From Cycas panzhihuaensis (lineage: Eukaryota; Plantae; Cycadophyta), in the NCBI GenBank assembly GCA_023213395.1, contig CM041465.1, positions 74,965,741 through 75,029,740 on the forward strand: DNA of 64,000 nt, read 5' to 3'. This document shows, piece by piece, positions 50,500 to 64,000 of the stretch; the first letter of the stretch is position 1; each line of letters opens with the position of its first letter. Made by a program: the position numbers and the translations under genes. The notes below the pieces were generated by a model. That model did no database searches and had not been told where the DNA came from. It saw only the letters and a list, made by a program, of their open reading frames with translations.

Positions 50500-53400
50500 T
50501 TACATGCATAAAGTCTCCCCCTCCTTCACTAGCCTTTGTTAGGTGATTGTAAGAGGGTTTGAGGTTTAAATTTTTCATTCACTAGCCCTCACAAGCTTGC
50601 TAGTGATTTACCTCCATTAATCATTGTGATTCCACTAATTGTGTATGGAATTTCCTCTGGTTATCACCTCCTAAGGGCAATGGGGATGCCATATGGGCTA
50701 TTACTAGGTTAAAACACACCCATGCCAAGGAACACTATTATAATCCTTTTAATTTCATTTTTTAGAAGTAGTTAGTGTGATAAGGTCTAAGACTAATGGG
50801 GTCATAGGTCTTTGGGGTCAATGATGTGTTTAATACCATGATTTGGAGGAGGCCCCATTGGAAGGGGGGTAACAATGATTTGATATTGAGTAATAAGGCA
50901 TTATATATCATGGTGGGTTATAGGTTAAACTTCTTAAAGGATAAGTTGCTAGTTAATTACACATTTAATTAGGTCAAACAAGTTTATTAGGGGGAGGTAC
51001 TATGCCATGAAGGTTATGGTATTACTCATGGTGGTCCTTGAAAAGAATGAAGGGGATGATGGGTAGGTTATTTGTGCAATAGGTACCAAGGGTTTATAAC
51101 CATTGGACTCCTAAAATAACATCTAACCATCTAATGGAAAGGCATAGAAATATAATACTAGATGAGATGGACCTATTTAAATTTATAGGTTCTTAATGGT
51201 TCCTATGTAATGAAAGGTATTTTATCTAAGGAGGGAGTGTGTAAAACTAATTTTAGAGATAAAATATAGGCCGAACTACCATGCAAAAGAAATGTCAATA
51301 GAGTTGAATGAGGTGCCACTATTAATAAGAATAGTTATAAGGGATTTACAAAGTGTTCCTCTAACTCTCAAGGGTTTAGGATAAGAGATGGAGGAGATAA
51401 TTGTTAAGGATATATAGGATTTTAGATCAAGGAAGATTTCTTGGGATTGCTCATTACATAAATCATGTATAGAATCAAAGCCATCATCTAAGGGAAGGTT
51501 AGGATTATATGTTTGGCTTTGCATACCTTTAGGCAATCACAAATCTATTTCTTAGAGTACTTAATGTAAAGGCCCTATTCTCTTCTTCTATTTACTTCTA
51601 TTGTAGGAACTTAAAGGGGATTTGTTGGTAAGGCTAGTGTTAATGGTGAGCCTAAGGTTAGTGCTGCATAATGAGAATCATCTAAAATCTATTGTGGCTA
51701 GTATAGTAAGATGTGGTGAGAGAACATGGGGTGATCAATGGATAACTCTATTTTAATTAATTTGACCATAGATATGGCCTTATAAAGTGTACTAATATGG
51801 TGGGTTTTGAGGCACATATGGATATGATCCTTAAGTTTAACTATAAATGTCTTAATGAGAGTGCCCTAGTCCAAGTTTTATGAAATCTAATTCTAAAGTA
51901 CCTAAAATTCATCTATATATATTTTAATAGAAGTAGTTTATTATGGACATACGAGTTTGTTGAAGGAGTGGTCCCAAATGTCCTCATACTATTTGAAAAA
52001 ATAGGTATATAATAAATTTCATATGAGTGCAAATGATGTCCTTTTCCTTCTAGATGGATGGAAGAAAAGGTGAACTTATCAACTAGAATTATAGGGTCAA
52101 TGTCAAAATATGAATAAACTTTGCCCATCTAGCTATGGGAGAAATTGTAATTTAGCTCTGGATCAAAAGTTAGGATGTTGATTTGAGGTATTGGTGTTGT
52201 TCTTGGTGTGAGTGTGGTGGTGGTGGAAGTTGTGGAGAGTTGCTAGTGGAAGTGGAGGTGGAGGGCATATTAGAAATTTGGGTGGAAAGTTTCATTTACT
52301 CATCAAATATATTAGTGATATTATCATTTAGTGAAATGTATTAGGTCTCTAGGGTTAAGATCTAGTTTGCTTGGGCAAGAGGATCCATTGAGCAAAAAAA
52401 AAAAAGTTTAGAGAGTGGGACTAAAAGAAGGGGAATTAGAGAAAAAGAAAAGGATTTGAAGAAAAGGGGAATTATATAAGATGCTTGGTATTAAGAGGTT
52501 AGAAAATGATATAAAAGAGTAGGAGAGGGAGGGAGATGTTTATAACTTATTAACCCCGTATTTATAAAGAAACCTATGCAAGGTATCATTAGATTATTTT
52601 CCCTAAAATATATATAAGAAATTCACTTAATTAACTAAGATGGGTATGATATCTTTGTCAAGATGATGTAGGTAAAAATATACACTTAAAACTAGTTGTG
52701 GGGCCCATAAAGTTTATGTTATTTTTTTCCAAAAGTATGGATTAAAATTGGCTTAGTAAAAAATGATAGTCATGATGCCTTTAACACAATGAGGTAGGAG
52801 AAAAATAAGAGTTAAATTTTTTTTAAGACATTTTACTTTTTTCTTTTTTGTATATAGTCTATTGAAAAGGGTTCATACTACTAAAAAGAGATATTTATTG
52901 AACTAAGTTTGTGGATGGTAGTTCTACTTAGGTACTTGTTATAGAAATAAATATAAAACATAAATAATTAATATTAGATAAGATTCAACATTGAGATTTT
53001 AGACTTAATTCAAGGTTTGCGTGGTATATAAATTATCTTATATACTTCTTAATCAATAATAATGAATTAGAGAACTATCTTAAGGTACTAATTATGGAGG
53101 GTTACCATGCTTATAGTTATGCTATTTATCTTTGAGTTATATGTAGAGAGTTCCTTAATAGTATTAACTACTAATAAATGCACTATAGATTAAAAACAAC
53201 CTTTAAATTTCCTATTATAGGGTTTAAGTAATCCTAAGAGATCCTTTGATATACCTAGGGGTATATGGAGGATCAATTCCATGTATAAACATTGTCTAAG
53301 GCTTGGCTATTAGCAAATAGATCACCTTATTTCATGTACCAATCTATCCCTATGTATACTTAAAAGAATGACAATTTTTTTGTGGTTCTCTTAACACCCT

Positions 53401-53566
53401 AAAAGTAGGGTTTTTATCTTAAACCACTATTGTAGAAAGATAAAGAGAGAAATTATTGTTATTTTATGTAAACGGGAAAAAAATTATCAATTAGATTGCT
53501 AGTATCCACTCATTTTCACTCTTGCTATTAATGATAACACCCCTAAAACCATGTTTTGATACCACT
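50500..53566 (-). mobile_element. Ty3/gypsy gag-protease-RT start, decayed, with leader and PBS
   Basis: ORF 51276-51536 PKPLRVRGTL..LITILINSGTSFNSI (aspartic protease); ORF 51913-52128 gag-like; reverse-complement PBS GTTTTGATACCA at ~53555. Confidence 0.75.
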
Positions 53567-53949
53567 TAGAGCATTCTTCACTAGTACTTCTATATAATAA
53601 CTTATGAAGTATGAGACAAAAGAGTACAAATGTGGTAGAACAACAAGATAGATCAACTTTTATTACAACAAAAGAAGATGGTTATAGAATTATAAGTAAA
53701 AAGGATTGATTTTAGAAGACCAATATAACATTATAGTGTGCCAATTATAATAGACTAGATAAAATATGGCTACTAACATCTAATAATACCTTATATAAAC
53801 AAATGATGCCTCCCACCTAAAATGTTATTGACATGTGAAAATAACCCTTGCATAAATATTAGGAGCTAGCACTAACATTTAGGTCCCATGGTCATATGTG
53901 TTAGAGGTCAAGTCTTGTGAGTAAGCTAGCTATGTATTAGATCCTAATG

Positions 53950-55671
53950 AAGAGGTAACTATGTAGTAGTAGACTTATTGTAAAAGGTTATAAGAAAAAG
54001 GAAGGCATTGATTACTAAGAGATATTTGTACTAGCAACAAAGATGAACACCGTCAAGATCATTTTGTTGATTGCTACAAAACTCAAGTATCATATTCACT
54101 AGATGGATGTAAAAAGTGCGCTCCTAATAGAGACCTCACTAAAGAAGTGTACATAGAAAAACCACTTGGGAACATTTAAAAAAGCAAATAACATCTTATC
54201 TACTATTTCAAGAAAGACTTGTATGATCTTAAGTAGGCTCGCAAAGCTTGGTATGAGAAGATTGATTAACACCAGTAGAAGAATGAATTTTAAAAATCAC
54301 TAGGAGAGTGAAATGCCTTTATAAAATTAACAATGATAAATTTATGACTTTTGTGGTTTTATACATAGATGACTTATTGATCACAAAGAGTGATATCACA
54401 ATAATATCCAACATGAAGAAAGATATGATAAATTAATTTAGGATGAAAGATCTTGGTTTGTTATATTACTTCCTAGGTATGAAAGTATAGTAAAATCTTG
54501 ACCATTTTTTTTTTATAAGTCAAGTACATGTGGAAAAAATTAAAGAAATTTAAAATGGAAGATTATAGGCCTATTGGCACTCCACTAGAAATAGGAGTAA
54601 AGGTCAGAGCTCATGAAGATAGCCAACTAATACATAACACACTATATAGACATCTAGTTGGTAGTTTGATCTATTTAATTATAATTAGGCTAGATATTTC
54701 ATTCATAATTGGATTATTATCCAGATTTATAAAAGCACCAAAGTAATATCATTGGTTAGATATAAAGCAAATACTTTGATACTTAAATAGAATATTATAG
54801 TATAGATTGAAGTTTATTCATAATGATAACTTCATGCTGGTTGGTTTCATTAATTCAGATTGGTTTGGATGTGCCAATATCAAAAGAGCAACATCTGGTT
54901 ACTATTTTAGTCTTGATTTAGCATCTATAATATGAAGCAACAAGAAGCAACTAAACATTGCACTCTCCTCAATTGAAGTAGAATATAAAGTTAGAATTGT
55001 AGTAGTAATTGAAGTAATTTAGCTTAGACAAATTCTTGGAAATTTAGGTCTTTATTAAGAGGATGCTACAACTCTATATCATGATAATTAGAGCACTTTA
55101 AAATTGGCCAAGAAACTTGTATTTCATGTATGCACCAAGCATATTGAAGTACATTATCATTCCATTTGAAACCAAATTTATAAGGGTGAAATTGAGTTAA
55201 TCTACATGTTTTTAGATAAGCACTTAGTGAACATCTTTACCAAACCTTTTAGTCGAAAAAAATTCCAAAAATTTAGAGAAAGGTTAGGTGTCGTAGTTGA
55301 TGATGTAACTATTAAGGGGGAGTATTATATTATTTGGGCAATATAAGTTAATATTTACATTAAGTATCTTGCCTAATGTGTATTTATATAAATTGTAATT
55401 AGTTGAGGTCATGTCACATGTGTGCATTTAACTATAAGGTAGTTACATACAACTATTTATTTATTATATATACACATTGTTTTGATGGTTGTATTATTAT
55501 TGAATATATGAATGAGTTGAAAATTTTAAGGGTAGACTAATTCTACCTAGAATTCTTAATGTATTTTCTTAATCTTTCTCTTGAACACTTTGATTTTCAG
55601 CATCAATCATTAATTATTTTAAGTTAAATTTGGTCTTAATTAATAATTTAAAGTAAATACAACCTCTAATA
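53950..55671 (+). mobile_element. Ty1/copia RT-RNase H fragment with PPT and probable 3' LTR (~55323-55671)
   Basis: RLIVKGY.KKEGIDY, MDVKSA, LYIDDLLI, YRHLVGSLIYL, TKHIEVHYH; PPT AAGGGGGAG at ~55314. Confidence 0.88.
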
Positions 55672-56320
55672 GTTTGTAATTAAGATTGTGAACCTAAAAA
55701 TTATATAATTTTCTCATATGATATTTGTTTGGGACCTACAATTATTTATTTTGAACCTAATGAGAAGATCTAAACCATGATCCATATTTCATAATATAGT
55801 TCTTTTTGTTTTCAAGGTATAATTACAAGATAATTCATATGTTCTCATTCTAAATATGACTTGGTCTATTAGGAGTGGTAGGCACATAATAATCCCCCCC
55901 TATTAATATGATTTACCCTTAAATCTCAAATATATCTACATGATATTACCACAATGATTCACCTCTAATTTGAAGTTGGTGCATATGTTTAGGGGTTGAC
56001 CAAACATGGTTGGTCATCGGTCAAGCTAAATGAGAATTGTGTAACAATTGACTATATATATTTTATTTTATCCTATGTTGACCTACTATTATATTTGTAT
56101 TATTTTGTTTTATATGTGGTTGTTTCATATGAATGATAATACTAACATGAGTATTTATATGCTAACCATGGTTATTCTATATAAATCTTAGATAAAAGAT
56201 CATAAGTAGAACTATAGCTAATTTGAAAAGAGGAATGCAAGTCATATGATACTAACTAAATGAATATGAACTTCAAACTTACATATATGTAAAGTACCTA
56301 TAACTTTGAGAATTAGTGAC

Positions 56321-56637
56321 TTTTTTTTTTTGATACTAGAAATGATATTAAAGGGGTTTTACGGGTCCCCAAACCACATACATCGAGCCTTAGGCTTTAC
56401 AAAGATGACCATGACAAGCCCATGGTCTAGCCCAATATGAATTCACTCATCCTCCTCATTCTGCCTCCCCTATGTGTGCTTCATACGACCGATCTCGAGA
56501 GCTCCTCCGGGAAATTCTCTTTCCAAAGTTCTGTTCTCTTATTCACCACTGCCCAATTTGCCAGCCAATCTGCTGCCGAGTTCCCTTCCCTAAAGGTGTG
56601 CTGTATCTGAACATCAACTCTAGTTCTCAGAATATTT
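56321..56637 (-). mobile_element. 5'-truncated LINE (RNase H C-terminus, 3' UTR, poly-A)
   Basis: Minus strand DVQIQHTFREGNSAADWLANWAVVNKRTELWKENFPEEL; poly(T) at 56321-56331; parallels the end of ORF2 at 45.8-45.9 kb. Confidence 0.9.
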
Positions 56638-56952
56638 ATTCACTTGAGAGTTACTACATATTATCAAGAAAATATTTTATAGTAGCATATATTAAGGGTC
56701 AGGTAGAAGTATAACTAAGTATTTTTTGATATACATAGTAAAGTTCATATTTATGTGTTTTTTATTAAGGATATATCATAGCTTAAAAGTGGTAATAACT
56801 TATTATCATTAGAGTCTTACTATTTAGAGAGTTTTATAGGTGTAAGTACTACAAGGTCAATACATCATATATATAATTATTATGGAATTCCTATTAATTT
56901 ATTCTTGCATTTAGGTATTTAGATATTATATATGTGTAGGTATTTTATGGAT

Positions 56953-57104
<152 letters not shown>

Positions 57105-57146
57105 AGATTATAATCATACACAAATATTAACATTTACTTATCATAG

Positions 57147-60100
57147 TTTTCCCCCTTTATTGAGACTACATAGTGCATCCTAATCATACTCTTTTATGAT
57201 AAAATACTTATCTTCAACATTTGCTAAAGTACTACCTCAATTGATGCTACATGCTTCTCTTCTTCTTCTTCAACTCTATATCTTTATTGACTATCTCTTC
57301 CTCTATAACTCATGCAACTTCTTTGTTCTTCTCCATATATCCTCATCATTCTTCTTGAAAATTTCCCATAAGTCTTCCTTTATTAAATTTGCATCACTTC
57401 AACTTCTAAATATTTTTGCATTATCATAAATGGTGACAATTTATAGTCCTTGTAGACTCACCTCTTTGCTTAGATTTTCTTGGCATCTTCTTGCCACTTG
57501 TAAGTCTACCACTTCTCACGAGATTCTCACCTCACAAATCGCTCATTTTTCTAACTCTCTCCTTACTACATCTCCTCTCACTTCTAATATTCAAATCCCC
57601 ACATAGTTATAAATCCCAAGCATGCAAGATATCAATATGCATATTCCTCATTACATGGATGATATTATTTTAGTTTCATAGCTTGCTACTTCACCATAAT
57701 CTCATTTCACTCAACTCTTCATAACCTATGAAGTTTAGACATGTAAGATGTTAACACATGTCCATCTACTTAAATGATTGACATTCATCATCGTGTTGCT
57801 CAATATTCAATAATCTTCCTTTTTGAAGACTCATTTTATGCCCTCACTTAACCTTTAATGTTTTCCTTGTAGTACAAACTTGTGAAATGCCTCATCACGA
57901 TATTTACCTAATGTTTCCACGTGTGTGCTAATCTAACAATTATTATTCATTTTGTATCCTACTCTCTTATGGCATGCTTCTATCTCTAACTTTTTTCCTA
58001 TTTCTCAAATAAGTAAAAGGCTTCATCATGAATCCACACATCTACTAATTAATGATCACAATTCACTTTGCAGCTCACTTACAAATCTTTATCTCATAAT
58101 GATCAATATCCCTAATACCTTTCTTCAACTAGAACACTTCCTATAGAATGCTAACTCATAATGCCTTTATCCTATAGTTTAATTATACGTTGCCATACAT
58201 TCTCTCATACACTTCATAGGAATTTTGCTTCATGAATTCCTCTTTTACAAATGTATATTTCTCACAACTTATTCAAAACTCTATATTAAGAAGTACCTTT
58301 ACCATGAAACTATGTCTTGTTAAATTTTTACTTCATAGACCTCTTCCTTGTAGCTGTTAGCCATTATGGACTTGAAACTTTATCTATAGTGAAACACCAA
58401 CTTGTAATTCATCTATAACAAAAACTCCACTTACAAAGTTCATTAAAATCTACAACTTTGTAAGTGTTTATGTGTGATTAAAATTCTCAAAAATCACACA
58501 CATACAAAAAGAAAAGAACTGTTTATAGTGATTCTCAAGCATTACTCTCATGGCTACAAAAGAAACTTATACATATTACATGAGATTTTGCTCACATACT
58601 TTCTTAAATTCCTTCCATTTTAGTTCATCCATATTTTACACTTCAATTCTTAGTCCCCATAAGCTATCTTACTATGGAAATGCCAACTATTTAATGAGGT
58701 ATTAATTATACCTTTCATATCTCATTTCCATCATCTATTTGTTAAGTATTTCTTTTATCTTCTCTCTTCTTCTTTGGTACCTATTTTTTCTAATCCTTAA
58801 AATATTTTATTATATATTTATCACCTAGCCATAAGTATATAAGTTAGCAGTGTTAAATATGAGAGAGAGATATAATTCATTAAGTAATTTAATCTAAGAG
58901 GAACTGGGTTTAATAGTTTTTAAAACCTTACAAGGGTTTATTTTCTTAAGCTTAAGTTTATTGTAGGGTTCTTTTGGAAATCTTTCTCTTTGTAAATACA
59001 CCATTAAAAGTTCTCTTATATTAAACTCTTTAGATTAACTTACATAAACATTTACTTCCTTGTATTTCTAAGAGCTAACTTCCAACTATTATTGGATTTC
59101 TTCATGCATCTATTTCAACCTTTCACCAAGTGACTTTACATCATTACTTGCATGCTCATTTACTGGTAATTGAACCAAATCCACAACAATTTGAGATGTC
59201 TTAATTTACCTATAGACCTATTCACCAAACCCTTATATATAACTCGTCTTATGATAGTATATTATCCCACTACTTCAGTTTATCACTTACTAAGCTTCTT
59301 AATAGATTCTTGAATGATTTGTTCACTACCTTTTTCTATCCATCTATTTGAGGATAATATGCATTATTGAATTGTAACTTGTATTTAACTTTTTCCATAA
59401 CATTATCTAGAATTGACTCAAAAATCTAATATATCTATTAGAAGTGGTATGCTTTGCTAAACTATAAAGTCTTATAATTTTTATAAAAAATAGCTCTACA
59501 ACCCTACTTACATCGTTCATCTTTTTACATAGTAGAAAATTTACTATTTTTGAAAAAGAATCAACAACAACAAAGATAGAATTATTACCTCATTATGTAG
59601 TAGGCAATCCAAGCACAAAGTCCACTGAAATATCCATTGAAGGCTCTATTGGGATTGGTAAAGATTGATATAATCCAATATTTTATGATTTCCCTATGGC
59701 CATTTGACAAATTATATACCTCTTCATAAATTTAACAACCTACTTGAACATTCCTAGCTAAAAGTATCTCTCATCTAGGAGTCCAAAAGTGTTGTCCTAA
59801 CTAAAATATTCACTAAGACCTATACTATGTAATTCACATTGATGCTCTCTCTCATGGAATTATTAGATATGTATAATATTTTACCTTAAATAGGCACCCC
59901 CCCCTATAAAAGACTATCATCAAAAGATTTACCAATATATGTTAGTGGATTGTTCATTACCTTTATAAAATCCTTAACCTATGCATAATTTTCCTTAATG
60001 GCTTCAAATCCTACAACTTCATTTCACATAATAGAAATCAATATATCTCTTCTACTAAGTGTATTTGACACCTAATTAGATTTTTCAAATATATGATTAA

Positions 60101-60230
60101 TCATAAGGGTATAACTTTGAAGAAGTTCAATGCACTTTGTATGCTTTACTCTAAGCTTAACTTATGAATTAATAAACTTTAGATCATAGTGGCCAATATA
60201 TAGGACAAACTCATTAGAGAGTTGTTTCCT
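57147..60230 (-). mobile_element. Decayed Ty3/gypsy (CRM-like) RNase H-integrase and 3' region
   Basis: Minus strand GLYQSLPIPIEPSMDISVDFVLGLPT (~59600-59680); reverse-complement PPT TTTTCCCCCTTTA at 57147. Confidence 0.75.
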
Positions 60231-61281
60231 TAAAATTTTAGCCTCTTAGTATCCATGTATTGTTTCCTCTTCATTTTTATTTAATTAGAAATAATTTATT
60301 TAATGTGATATTCTCTTGTGCTATGAGTACCTAATTTTTAGGACATTGATGATTAGAAAGTGTAGCTCTACTGTGCAGAGATCAAAGACTTATCCTCTTC
60401 ATACTATTAGCCACCCCTTTTTAACTATGAATTGCCTCATTCTTGGACATTATTTCATTAATTTGTATGCTCATATTTTCTTGAGAAATTTTATTTTTAT
60501 ATTTTTAAGAATTTGATGGGATCACCTTGCCATGTTTACATTGAATATGTCAAGAATATTAGTAGGACTGTAATATTATGTTATAAATTAGGGTGTTATA
60601 ATCAAATTTCTTAGTAGAATCTAATATTGTGACATAAATTATGGTAGTATTGTTAAAATTCTTGGTGGTACTACCAAACTTTATGACAAAACAAGTGTAA
60701 TTATGGAAAAATACTACTTATTTTGGTGATATTAACTATGCAACTCTAGAATTAAAAAGAAATCAAGATTTTTTGTATCATTTTGCTTTCAATTTTTATT
60801 TTTTTACTTAACCAAACATAACTAAAGATACTATGAGCCAAAATACAATGGTTTCTTATCAAAACTATATTATATAGTGCCTTATTTAATCTTGAAAGCT
60901 CATTCAGTATGCGGTCTTTTGTTGGTCCATTGGTCTTTAAGTATTCTTTGCTTTAAAATTTCATTCTTTATCACATTGAGTTTTGGTCATTGATGATTCT
61001 TATTTTGTAGCGGTATTTGGTGCTTATGGGTATTATTTGCTTGCTTATAAAAACATTCTAGTATCTCTCTCTTAGTTATTAAAGTTACTGGGTCACCTAG
61101 AGTGCTTTGGATCAATCTCTTGTGGTGCCTCGTCACTTAGGGGCCTCTCCCTTGAAGATTTAGCTTGTTGAAGTGGCTTCTTTTTATAAGCTTATTGTCT
61201 AATTTATTTTAACAATTAGTCACTTCTCGATGACAAATTTTTTTCCCTTCTCTTTCAAATTTTATAAGGAGTTAGTGGTAG

Positions 61282-64000
<2,719 letters not shown>

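Overview
AT-rich, heavily deaminated eukaryotic intergenic DNA from a land plant. A large-genome seed plant such as a gymnosperm is plausible but not provable from sequence. No intact host gene, RNA gene or CRISPR array is visible. Most of the window is a stack of nested, decayed retroelements. (i) A Ty3/gypsy pol on + (7.5-23.2 kb) is split by a minus-strand LTR element (8170-20857, TSD TGAAC/TGAAT), whose LTR is in turn split by a three-LTR tandem Ty1/copia (8482-16638). (ii) A gypsy gag is split by a copia (33566-47179, TSD AAGAT), which carries a full-length RNase H-bearing L1 LINE (39777-46100, 11-bp TSD). (iii) There are several gag-only or internally deleted LTR elements, three long TA microsatellites, a microsatellite-junction tandem duplication and a 500-N scaffold gap. 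Two islands are not explained by TEs. One is a CpG-retaining island at ~6.5-7.5 kb with a short BCS1-type AAA-ATPase motif. The other is a decayed minus-strand reading frame at ~25.6-27.1 kb, missed by the ORF track, that I tentatively read as an NB-ARC (NLR-like) pseudogene with two tandem RPW8-like helical repeats, next to an ABRE-containing CpG-rich patch. All protein calls are by-eye motif recognition; no searches were run.
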